Source: an uncultured bacterium
Lineage (GTDB): Bacteria; Patescibacteriota; Patescibacteriia; Magasanikbacterales; UBA922
Length of the DNA stretch: 64,000 bases
Direction: 5' to 3'
Assembly (NCBI GenBank): GCA_937861125.1
Contig: CALMAY010000037.1
Span: 196,941-260,940 of the forward strand
The position numbers and the translations under genes were made by a program. Shown here piece by piece: positions 15,953 through 26,062 of this stretch; the first letter of the stretch is position 1, and every line of letters begins with the position of its first letter. The notes under the pieces were generated by a model. That model did not search any database. It saw only the letters and a list, made by a program, of their open reading frames with translations, and was not told the origin of the DNA.

Positions 15953-16342
15953 TTATTGTTGGTATGCGGCAAGTACTGATTGTTCAAATACGTGCTGGTC
16001 AGTTAATAATGAATGAAAAGAGAGGAGTTCTTCTTCGGTGATAGATGATTTACGACTTACACGAGCGATGTCCTGTGCTGTAAGATCGGTAATCATACCT
16101 ACAGAACTCACACCAGTATGTGATGTCATCACCAGTGCCATCACACTTTGATGGCATACGCTACAGGTGCAGTGAAGCAAATTGGCTCCATCATGCTCAT
16201 CAATGGTACGAAACATTTCTGCCGCGTATTGCGTGTTGCAAATCGGACATTGACGTAGGAGTGTCAATGCGCGAGAAATTGGTGTTTCATTGCTCTGTTT
16301 GGCAGGATTCATATAGGACAATATGAAAGAAAAGAGCGCCAA
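15953..16342 (-). CDS. Hypothetical zinc-ribbon-like protein
   Basis: CPICN...CTCSVCH cysteine pairs. The start may be MNPAKQ at 16312. Confidence 0.45.
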   Translation of the reverse strand: MALFSFILSYMNPAKQSNETPISRALTLLRQCPICNTQYAAEMFRTIDEHDGANLLHCTCSVCHQSVMALVMTSHTGVSSVGMITDLTAQDIARVSRKSSITEEELLSFHSLLTDQHVFEQSVLAAYQQ

Positions 16343-16392
16343 TTGAGTGGCGTCACTCTATCAAAAAAAAGGAAGTTCGTCAAGAGGGTTCG

Positions 16393-17502
16393 TTAGTCCG
16401 TGTATTGGCCACGACTAATACAGAGGGCAATACCCAGCAGTGTGTAGCTAATGAGCAAAGATGAACCTCCGTAGCTTACAAATGGTAATGTTACCCCTGT
16501 AATAGGGAGAAGCCCCGTTGCACCCCCTATATTAAACACGAATTGGATAAAAAAGACAAATGCAATGCCGGTGAGTACATAGGCACCAAATTCGCTTTTG
16601 GCTGCTTTGATATGGGTGATGAGACGCCATAAAAAAAGAGCAAATAGGAGTAAAATACAGGCCGATCCAATAAATCCAAGTTCTTCGGCAATCACTGCAA
16701 AGACAAAGTCTGTCTGCGCTTCAGGGAGAAAGCGAAGCTGGCTTTGTGAGCCAAATCCCAATCCTCGACCAAAAAAACCACCAGATCCGATTGCAATGAT
16801 GGATTGGGAGACGTTGTAGCCAGCGCCAAGTGGGTCGCGCGATGGGTCAACAAAGGTGAGAATACGCTCTTTTTGGTATGGGGCAAAGAGAAAGAACCAT
16901 CCAACAATAGCGGTACATATACTGATCAATATTGTTCCTAATGTATAGCGATAGGGTACTTGGAGCGTGACAAGCATGCCAAACCAGATACAGCAGAGTA
17001 CGAGAGCAGAACCAAGGTCTGGCTGGAGCATGATGAGCAGTACAGGGAACGCTGTAAAGAGGGCGCTGGCAGCGATAAAACGAAACTGCATAAAGTTTCT
17101 TCCGTATCGTGTGATGAGCCATGAGAGGATGAGGATAAGTGATATCTTGGCCAATTCTGCTGGTTGAAATGAATTGCCAGCAATTCGAAACCAGCCTTGG
17201 GTGCCGCGAATTTCAACTCCAAAAAAAAGCACACTTATTAAAAGAAGGAGTGATGTGCTGTAAAGAAGTGTGGCGGTGCTGTATAGTGTGCGCGCATGTG
17301 TGAGGTAAAGCGATATACACACAAATAATCCAATCATGCACGCGATGAGCTGTGTTCGTAGATACGAATTGCTAAATGTGTGCTGGAGTGAGAGATCGAT
17401 ACTATATTGTGCGGCAAAACCAAGACAGGTGAGAAAGAGGGGGGCGCACAGTAATATCCAATCAAATGTCTTGTATCCAGAGAAAAAAGGACGCATACCC
17501 AT
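16393..17502 (-). CDS. ftsW: FtsW/RodA/SpoVE-family (SEDS) cell-wall polymerase
   Basis: About 10 TM segments, plus PDLGSALV, QSIIAIGSGGFFGRGLG and LPEAQTDFVFA motifs. Confidence 0.85.
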   Translation of the reverse strand: MGMRPFFSGYKTFDWILLCAPLFLTCLGFAAQYSIDLSLQHTFSNSYLRTQLIACMIGLFVCISLYLTHARTLYSTATLLYSTSLLLLISVLFFGVEIRGTQGWFRIAGNSFQPAELAKISLILILSWLITRYGRNFMQFRFIAASALFTAFPVLLIMLQPDLGSALVLCCIWFGMLVTLQVPYRYTLGTILISICTAIVGWFFLFAPYQKERILTFVDPSRDPLGAGYNVSQSIIAIGSGGFFGRGLGFGSQSQLRFLPEAQTDFVFAVIAEELGFIGSACILLLFALFLWRLITHIKAAKSEFGAYVLTGIAFVFFIQFVFNIGGATGLLPITGVTLPFVSYGGSSLLISYTLLGIALCISRGQYTD

Positions 17503-18408
17503 TTAGATACTTGGTGCGATGAAACTGTTTGGGTCAAAAATGTTTACGAGTGGAAAAAATTCAATGGTTTCAACCTGGCCCAAAGAAGAGAGAAAACGAA
17601 TATCAAACGTTCTCGCTTCATCTGAGAGGAAACGATCGATTGTGATAGGTCTGATACCTGTCAATGTATTGCTGGTATAGATAGCGATATATCCATTGAC
17701 TTGGTAGAAGCTATAGGCGCTTTTATTGTGGAGTGTAAACAAAAGGCGATCGGTCGGTCCAGAGAGTCCACCTGCGGGGATATGGGAGACATCTGTTGTT
17801 TCGATATGAAGGCGTTCTTTGGTGTATGATGGGACGTCAAAGATGGTGTGCGGAGAGATGCGCTGCCATTTCGTAGAGAGGATGCGAAATGATGGTTTAT
17901 TTGGATATATATTTGTACTCAATCCAAGTTCGGCTGCAAGCTGTTTTTGTCCTGGGAGAATTGCAATAGTTTTGGTGGGGGTTGTCGTGTTGCTGAGTGC
18001 GTATGTAAATGTGACAAAGGCAATATGGCGCGTGTTTGGGTTGGTGATTGTTGATACTAGGTCATATGTGTCGTCTGCACTGACAACGACTGTGGGAGCT
18101 GATATGTTGAGTGGTTTGGTACTATAGAATGTTTGTGTGTTTGTTTGTGTGAGTGATGCTTGTTCTGCAAGTAGTTTTTTGTCCTGCCAATATCCAAGAA
18201 TAGCATATTCTGCCCAACGATAGGTACTATATCCAACACTAATAATGCACCAAAGTACGAGGGAAAATGTACCAATACTGACAAATGTCTCCTTGTGTTT
18301 AAGAAGCCAAACAGAGATGGCAAGTTGCTTGTTTGACAAATCACCGTCTGTTGGTTGATACAGCGTTGATGGATCGGTTGGTTTTTTGCCAAAGAAATTC
18401 ATAGTCAA
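17503..18408 (-). CDS. Hypothetical membrane-anchored protein
   Basis: One TM segment near the N-terminus. Abuts ftsW with no gap. Confidence 0.5.
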   Translation of the reverse strand: MTMNFFGKKPTDPSTLYQPTDGDLSNKQLAISVWLLKHKETFVSIGTFSLVLWCIISVGYSTYRWAEYAILGYWQDKKLLAEQASLTQTNTQTFYSTKPLNISAPTVVVSADDTYDLVSTITNPNTRHIAFVTFTYALSNTTTPTKTIAILPGQKQLAAELGLSTNIYPNKPSFRILSTKWQRISPHTIFDVPSYTKERLHIETTDVSHIPAGGLSGPTDRLLFTLHNKSAYSFYQVNGYIAIYTSNTLTGIRPITIDRFLSDEARTFDIRFLSSLGQVETIEFFPLVNIFDPNSFIAPSI

Positions 18409-18441
18409 TGATGATAGTATACAGCAATCTATGAGTTTTGA

Positions 18442-20582
<2,141 letters not shown>

Positions 20583-20583
<1 letters not shown>

Positions 20584-20618
20584 TTTTGGAAGTTTTCTGA
20601 GTTGGCTAAGTTGTAAAA
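20583..20618 (+). repeat. 4 x 9-bp array gttttggaa|gttttctga|gttggctaa|gttgtaaaa between the gyrB stop and its terminator
   Basis: Read directly. Same unit type as the array at 285-336. Confidence 0.7.
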
Positions 20619-20644
20619 CCCTCCGTTTTTGCGGAGGGATTTTT
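20619..20644. terminator. Bidirectional terminator (ccctccg-tttttg-cggaggg)
   Basis: 7-bp GC stem flanked by A4 and T4. Serves gyrB (+) and the convergent ORFan (-). Confidence 0.75.
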
Positions 20645-21527
20645 ATTGTATAAGGAGTTTGTCCAAGCTAGTATGTACTATCTCTTGACAACGTAAAATA
20701 AATTTTAACGTATCATTATCTTCATCTTTTCTAGGATGAGAAGAGTTATAATTTTTTATTTTTCCAGAATGGAGATGTCCAGATCTCACTGCATATGGAT
20801 TTTCACCAAAATTGTTTTCTATTGAGTTGTATATGAGTTCAGAGTATGTATTGTTACAAAAAATTTCTTTAAATCTTTTTTCTTTTTTTCTTTCTTTGAG
20901 GGAAAATCTTGTGTCAATATCTGAGTAGATCCCCATTTTATTTGGTCTCGTATATATAGCCTCAACTGCAGAGATGGCGGAAGTTATGGAAGAGCTATCC
21001 TCCCCTTTATAAAATCTTATTTTTGATTCATGTATTAGATATGTAGCGGACGTAAAGTATCCAGTATCTTCCATTGTCAGTTTGTCAATTTTATCAAATA
21101 TATTTTTAATAAACTCATTGCTTATTGTAGTGGCATTTCTGATTTCAATTCCCCTATAATTCTGAGGATAAGTAAGTAGTACATTGGCTGACAATACACC
21201 TGGATATCTGTAGTATCCGTGCCATGTTGTATCAAAAATATATTCGTTAATGAGTAAGGAAAGAATAGTGGCAATTTCTAAACTTCTCTCGAATACTATG
21301 AACACATCATTTGGTTCATACTGTACTCCCATCCAAAAATAGGTATATTGGCCGAATTGGCCAGATTTTCCAGGTGCATGGGGGATCGAGTAGTCAAGAA
21401 TTTCGTTAGAATTTACAATGAAGTATTCCTTATCTCTGTATTTAAAGTTTGTTTCTACGAGGGCATCAAGCGGACATGTTATGCCTTTTTTAAGAAATAG
21501 CACGGGATTGTATGTGTTTGGAATCAT
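20643..21527 (-). CDS. Hypothetical AT-rich ORFan with a C-terminal HEPN-like Rx4H motif
   Basis: Intact 294-aa ORF with 19/60 G+C on line 20881. YAVRSGHLHSG at nt 20769-20786 fits the HEPN R-x4-H pattern. Confidence 0.55.
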   Translation of the reverse strand: MIPNTYNPVLFLKKGITCPLDALVETNFKYRDKEYFIVNSNEILDYSIPHAPGKSGQFGQYTYFWMGVQYEPNDVFIVFERSLEIATILSLLINEYIFDTTWHGYYRYPGVLSANVLLTYPQNYRGIEIRNATTISNEFIKNIFDKIDKLTMEDTGYFTSATYLIHESKIRFYKGEDSSSITSAISAVEAIYTRPNKMGIYSDIDTRFSLKERKKEKRFKEIFCNNTYSELIYNSIENNFGENPYAVRSGHLHSGKIKNYNSSHPRKDEDNDTLKFILRCQEIVHTSLDKLLIQ

Positions 21528-21604
21528 ATTTTTTACTCAAAATATTACACTTTTTTTCTAAAAATAGCCAGTTTTGGGTATTAATCAGATATTAAAGTAG
21601 CCTC

Positions 21605-21633
21605 TTGACTTTCTCACCCAAAAGGTGTATAGT
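21605..21633 (+). promoter_or_regulatory. Promoter upstream of secE (TTGACT-17-TATAGT)
   Basis: ttgact ttctcacccaaaaggtg tatagt, followed at 21646-21665 by the hairpin cggcc-gcg-ggccg plus T5. Confidence 0.55.
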
Positions 21634-21677
21634 ATCTCTGTAATTCGGCCGCGGGCCGTTTTTAAGTACCAATCATT

Positions 21678-21765
21678 TTAAGGCGTAATAGGCTTAAAAA
21701 GCTCAAAAAGCTCACAAAATAGCCTCTTAAGCATCATAAGCCTTTTAAGCCTCTTAAGCTTTATA
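21678..21765. repeat. 9-bp periodic array pair: 4 reverse units (NNNAGGCTT type, 21678-21713) and 5 forward units AGCCTNNTA (21721-21765), ending 4 nt before the secE ATG
   Basis: agcctctta|agcatcata|agcctttta|agcctctta|agctttata|ctgt|ATG. Confidence 0.85.
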
Positions 21766-21769
21766 CTGT

Positions 21770-21961
21770 ATGAACCTCGTTCAATCTCTTAGTACCTACT
21801 TCCGTGGTGCACTCGAAGAAGTCCGCAAAGTCTCTTGGCCTACCCAAAAACAGGTCACTGTCTACTCAGCGATCGTGATTGGTCTCTCTGTTGGTATGGC
21901 GATTTTCTTTGGCGCACTCGACTACGTTCTCAACTTGGGACTTACTGAAATACTCAAATAA
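21770..21961 (+). CDS. secE: Preprotein translocase subunit SecE
   Basis: 63 aa. EEVRKVSWPTQKQV followed by a single TM segment. Precedes nusG. Confidence 0.85.
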   Translation: MNLVQSLSTYFRGALEEVRKVSWPTQKQVTVYSAIVIGLSVGMAIFFGALDYVLNLGLTEILK

Positions 21962-21963
21962 GT

Positions 21964-22008
21964 AGCCTTTTAAGCATTTTAAGCCTTGTAAGCCTCCTAA
22001 GCCTTTCA
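21964..22008 (+). repeat. 5 x 9-bp AGCCTNNTA array filling the secE-nusG spacer, ending 5 nt before the nusG ATG
   Basis: agcctttta|agcatttta|agccttgta|agcctccta|agcctttca|acact|ATG. Confidence 0.85.
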
Positions 22009-22013
22009 ACACT

Positions 22014-22559
22014 ATGGCAAAACAAACCCTCAACCTCGGACGTCGCTGGTATGTGCTCCACACCTACAGTGGCTACGAGGAAAATGTCAAACGCAATCTC
22101 GAACAGCGTATCGATACCTTTGAAATGCAGGAAAAGATTTTTAATGTATTGGTACCAAAAGAAAAGAAAATTAAAATCAAAAATGGAAAACGCCAGACGA
22201 TTGAGGAAAAGATTTTCCCTGGATATGTGCTCGTGGAGATGATTGTAACTGATGACTCATGGTACGTCGTACGCAATACTCCAAATGTGACTGGATTTAT
22301 CGGCTCAGGTACCACACCAACTCCGATTGATCAAAAAGAGGTAGATTCACTGATGAAACGTGTCGCAGTCGAGCAACCAACACATACGTTGGATGTCGCA
22401 GTCAATGATGCGGTACGAATTGTCGATGGACCGTTCAAGAACTTTGAAGGAAAAGTCAGTGCAGCTGATGCGACTCGTGGCAAGGTGAAAGTCATGGTCA
22501 ATATGTTTGGTCGTGAAACTCCAGTTGAGCTCGATGCGCTCCAAGTACAAAAAATCTAA
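22014..22559 (+). CDS. nusG: Transcription termination/antitermination factor NusG
   Basis: RWYVLHTYSGYEENVKRNLEQRI ... KOW region GKVKVMVNMFGRETPVEL. Confidence 0.9.
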   Translation: MAKQTLNLGRRWYVLHTYSGYEENVKRNLEQRIDTFEMQEKIFNVLVPKEKKIKIKNGKRQTIEEKIFPGYVLVEMIVTDDSWYVVRNTPNVTGFIGSGTTPTPIDQKEVDSLMKRVAVEQPTHTLDVAVNDAVRIVDGPFKNFEGKVSAADATRGKVKVMVNMFGRETPVELDALQVQKI

Positions 22560-22675
22560 ATAGGCTCTAGGGCCTATGATGTATACAACACATGTGGTCT
22601 CCCGCAGGGAGACGCTTCTCACACTCGTGTTGCCTATATCACACGCCTTATAAGTCTCATTAACGTTACATGTAT

Positions 22676-23101
22676 ATGGCTAAAAAGCTTATTACACAAG
22701 TCAAACTTCAGATTCAGGGTGGCGCTGCAAACCCAGCACCTCCAGTTGGTCCAGCACTTGGTCAACATGGTCTCAACATCGCAGGATTCTGTAAAGAATT
22801 CAACGATCGTACCGCAGATCGCAAAGGTGAAGTCGTGCCAGTGGTTATCAACGTGTATGAAGATCGTACCTACGATTTCATCATGAAGGTGGCTCCAGCA
22901 TCTGAGCTTATCAAACAAGCGCTCAAGATCAAAAGTGGCGCACACAACCCTCTCAAAGAGAAGGTCGGGACACTCACCAAAGCACAGCTTCGTGAGATCG
23001 CTATCAAAAAAATGCCAGACCTCAATACGACCAATGTCGAAGCGGCAATGAAAACAATTGCAGGAAGTGCTCGTCAGATGGGTGTGAAAGTGGAAGCATA
23101 A
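22676..23101 (+). CDS. rplK: 50S ribosomal protein L11
   Basis: [35 protein letters not shown]. Confidence 0.92.
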   Translation: MAKKLITQVKLQIQGGAANPAPPVGPALGQHGLNIAGFCKEFNDRTADRKGEVVPVVINVYEDRTYDFIMKVAPASELIKQALKIKSGAHNPLKEKVGTLTKAQLREIAIKKMPDLNTTNVEAAMKTIAGSARQMGVKVEA

Positions 23102-23135
23102 CATTGATGTAATTGATTCAAAAAGATTTAGACAG

Positions 23136-23162
23136 AAAACTCGCCCTTTTGGGCGAGTTTTG
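23136..23162 (+). terminator. Terminator after rplK (ctcgccc-tttt-gggcgag-TTTT)
   Basis: Perfect 7-bp stem and a T-run. Confidence 0.75.
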
Positions 23163-23169
23163 GTATACT
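23161..23169 (+). promoter_or_regulatory. Extended -10 element TGGTATACT, 8 nt upstream of the ldh ATG
   Basis: tggtatact atgtgtat ATG. The same 9-mer recurs at 35811, 54554 and 56943 (tggtatagt at 28688). Confidence 0.5.
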
Positions 23170-23177
23170 ATGTGTAT

Positions 23178-24119
23178 ATGAATATTTTTTCTTCACATAA
23201 AAAATCTACATCTCGCTCTAAAGTCGCTATCATTGGTGCAGGTGCAGTCGGCTCCACCGTCGCATATACCGCAACGATCAAAAATATTGCTGCAGAGATT
23301 GTGTTGATTGATAAAGATACACCAAAAGAAGAGGGGAATGTGATGGATATTGATGATGGGTTGTGTTTTGTCGAGACTGGGTGTATCAAGGGGGCGGATA
23401 TGAGAGCTGCGTCGGACGCTGATGTGATCGTTATTACCGCGGGAGCCGCACAAAAACCAGGAGAGACACGACTGGATCTGGTACAAAAAAATACTGCTAT
23501 TTTCAAATCAATATTCAAAAGTATTGGCAAGATAAAAAAGAGTGCAATTATTATTGTGGTGAGCAATCCAGTCGATGTACTCACACATGTCGCACAACAA
23601 GCATCTGGTTTACCAGTCAATCAAGTGTTTGGTACTGGTACAGCACTTGATACGTCACGTCTCAAGACACAGCTTGGACATGCGTTTGGCATCAACACCA
23701 AAAATATTCATGGCTATGTGATGGGTGAACACGGAGATAGTGAGTTTGTGGCGTGGAGTACGGTATCTATCGGTGGTGTACCGATCAATAAAATTCCTGG
23801 ATTTACCACTACTGTCGCCAAAGATATTGAAGAGTCTGTTCGACGTGAGGCATACGAAATTATCAATAAAAAAGGGGCAACATATTTTGGTATTGCACAG
23901 GTGGTGACAAATATTCTCAAAGCAATTATTTTTGATCAGCATATTATTGTCCCTGTTTCGACGTGTGTACAAAAGTACCATGGTGTATCGGGTGTTTGTA
24001 TTGGGGTACCAGCTGTGATCGGTCAGTATGGGGTAGAAAAAATTTGGACGACAGAATTGTCTGCTGTAGAAAAAAAGAAGTTTCAGAAGTCAGCAGAAGT
24101 TATTCGCTCATATTTGTAA
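23178..24119 (+). CDS. ldh: L-lactate dehydrogenase
   Basis: KVAIIGAGAVGST, ITAGAAQKPGETRLDL (Gln at the LDH/MDH discriminating position) and GEHGDSEF. Confidence 0.85.
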   Translation: MNIFSSHKKSTSRSKVAIIGAGAVGSTVAYTATIKNIAAEIVLIDKDTPKEEGNVMDIDDGLCFVETGCIKGADMRAASDADVIVITAGAAQKPGETRLDLVQKNTAIFKSIFKSIGKIKKSAIIIVVSNPVDVLTHVAQQASGLPVNQVFGTGTALDTSRLKTQLGHAFGINTKNIHGYVMGEHGDSEFVAWSTVSIGGVPINKIPGFTTTVAKDIEESVRREAYEIINKKGATYFGIAQVVTNILKAIIFDQHIIVPVSTCVQKYHGVSGVCIGVPAVIGQYGVEKIWTTELSAVEKKKFQKSAEVIRSYL

Positions 24120-24142
24120 GATAGATAGAAGAGAAATCTGTA

Positions 24143-25201
24143 GTGTTTATGAAATACACACCAGAAACAACCCAACTTATTAATCGCATTTCTGCGCTGT
24201 GTATAGGGTTAGCTATTTTGGTTATTCTGTGGTTTGTGTTGCGTGGGACGATCGGACAAAATCCAGATGCAATCGTAGAAAATCCTGACAACAAAAAAGT
24301 AAGTGAGTGTGTCTATGAGCGAGTGCTTGATGGTGTGTGTGTGACAACTCAAGCTGAGGCTAATCCACAGCTTGTAGCGATCATGATTGAGAACTCACTC
24401 GAAGCGCGTCCACAGTATGGACTCAGTAAAGCGTCTATTGTTTATGAATCACCGGTAGAGGCAAATTTCACCCGCTTTATGGCGATTTATCCAGCCAATG
24501 CTGAGGTGTCACAAATTGGGCCTGTGCGCAGTGCACGACCATACTATCTCGATTGGCTTGCGGAGTACGGTACGCCACCATATTTGCATGTGGGCGGGAG
24601 TAACGAGGCGCTTGCAATACTCAAAGAGCGTGGTGTCTTTGATGTTAATGAATTTTATCGCGGATGGCTCTTTTGGCGTGGCACTGATCGTCTCGCTCCG
24701 CACAATGTCTATACCAACAGTACCAATTGGAATGAAGCACTGACAAAATACGCATCGTCGTATACGACCAATTTTTCTCATGGATGGAAGTTTGAAGATG
24801 TTGATCCATGTGTCAATAATTGTACTGTTACGACGTCCATTGTTTTTAACGGATTGGCATATAGCGTACAATGGCGATACAATACGACAACAATGGACTA
24901 TGTGCGATATCAATCAGGTGATCCACATACTGATGGTCTCGGTGGTGTGATGACGGCTGATACTGTAGTTATTCAGTTTGTCAGTTCGCAAGTTTTGGAC
25001 GATGTGGGACGACTTGATATTGAGACGCTTGGAAGTGGTGAGGTGATCGTGCTGCGTCGTGGATACAAGGTGACTGGTACGTGGAAAAAGGAATCAGTGA
25101 ATGACCGAACGAGGTTTTATGATGCTGCGGGAGCGGAGATTCCGTTGCAGCGGGGAAAGATTTGGGTGGAGGTTGTCAATGAGAGGACAGAGGTGAAATA
25201 A
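24143..25201 (+). CDS. DUF3048 (YerB-like) domain protein, membrane-anchored
   Basis: N-terminal TM segment. SIVYESPVEANFTRFMAIY...GPVRSARPYYLDW resembles the DUF3048 signature (from memory). Confidence 0.55.
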   Translation: MFMKYTPETTQLINRISALCIGLAILVILWFVLRGTIGQNPDAIVENPDNKKVSECVYERVLDGVCVTTQAEANPQLVAIMIENSLEARPQYGLSKASIVYESPVEANFTRFMAIYPANAEVSQIGPVRSARPYYLDWLAEYGTPPYLHVGGSNEALAILKERGVFDVNEFYRGWLFWRGTDRLAPHNVYTNSTNWNEALTKYASSYTTNFSHGWKFEDVDPCVNNCTVTTSIVFNGLAYSVQWRYNTTTMDYVRYQSGDPHTDGLGGVMTADTVVIQFVSSQVLDDVGRLDIETLGSGEVIVLRRGYKVTGTWKKESVNDRTRFYDAAGAEIPLQRGKIWVEVVNERTEVK

Positions 25202-25204
25202 ATA

Positions 25205-25230
25205 AAACCGCTCAGATAGGGCGGTTTTAT
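25205..25230. terminator. Bidirectional terminator (aaaccgc...gcggttt)
   Basis: Hairpin between convergent genes. Confidence 0.6.
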
Positions 25231-25240
25231 TGCGTGTCTT

Positions 25241-26062
25241 TTACGGGCGTATTTTTTGAGAAAAGAGTGGATCGGTTTCAAACTGCATCGCACGTTCATT
25301 GATATGATACTTTTTTCTTGCTTTTTCAATCGGAAGGTCGGTGTCAAGGAGACCGATACTGAGTGCGTACTCGTCAGCTGATTTTGGGAGAAGAAATGAG
25401 TTGTCCCATGGGATTCTTTCTGGAAATAATTCATTGACATGTGCTGCAATATTCGTAGTGCAATTGTTTGCGATTGTGTTATATATTTCTGGATATTGTT
25501 GAAGTTGCTGCGCACGGGTGAGCATGGAGACAAAGAGTCGTTGGGCGCGTTCAGGCGTGGTTTTGATTGGGTAGAGATAGACATCATCCTTGCGATGAAT
25601 GGCGCGGAGTCCGAGCACGTCACGCTCGTCGGCGATGACGTACATGAGTTCGTAGTTGCGTAGTATTCCTTTGAGTGGAGAAAATAATTCTCCTACTTCT
25701 TTTCGTATTTCTACTGAGATGGCAAGGTAACGTCCATCACGGAATTCAAATGAAACGAGGGTATGTGCGGCACCAATTTTGTTTTGAAGAAATGGCTCGA
25801 CAGCAAACCAGACGCGAGTGATATCTGAAATGTTGTAGGTAGCATCGTAGTAGTTTGGAGTATACTCTGTTGTAGATTGGTAGGTGAAGTTGCGAATGTT
25901 TTTGATATCTACCGTGTCACCGTCAATTGTGATTATTGGGAGAATTGCTTGGTCAGTATTCCAATTGCGGTCGTTACTCGGGCGACGAACAATAACTAAT
26001 AGAGTGTAAGCAATGAGTATGCTAATTATAAACAATCCAATTCTAGTAATTATCTTTTTCAT
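25241..26062 (-). CDS. DUF4105-like membrane-anchored protein
   Basis: N-terminal TM segment, RNWNTDQA and YNTIANNCTTN motifs, recalled from DUF4105/Lnb N-terminal domain proteins. Confidence 0.5.
   Translation of the reverse strand: MKKIITRIGLFIISILIAYTLLVIVRRPSNDRNWNTDQAILPIITIDGDTVDIKNIRNFTYQSTTEYTPNYYDATYNISDITRVWFAVEPFLQNKIGAAHTLVSFEFRDGRYLAISVEIRKEVGELFSPLKGILRNYELMYVIADERDVLGLRAIHRKDDVYLYPIKTTPERAQRLFVSMLTRAQQLQQYPEIYNTIANNCTTNIAAHVNELFPERIPWDNSFLLPKSADEYALSIGLLDTDLPIEKARKKYHINERAMQFETDPLFSQKIRP

Noticed and set aside
21678-22008. The 9-bp tandem arrays as a CRISPR array.
   Set aside because: The units are only 9 bp and contiguous, with no spacers. They are degenerate and there are no cas genes. 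The architecture is incompatible with CRISPR.
22634-23104. 156-aa minus-strand ORF covering the whole of rplK. Similar long antisense ORFs occur at 18478-18933, 19360-19890, 23168-23620, 31770-32213, 53597-54145, 57557-58210 and elsewhere.
   Set aside because: Each lies exactly opposite a gene with an unambiguous conserved product (L11, GyrB, LDH, RNase J, PGK, iPGM). Their translations are low-complexity or Cys/His/Phe-rich with no motifs, so they are classic shadow ORFs.
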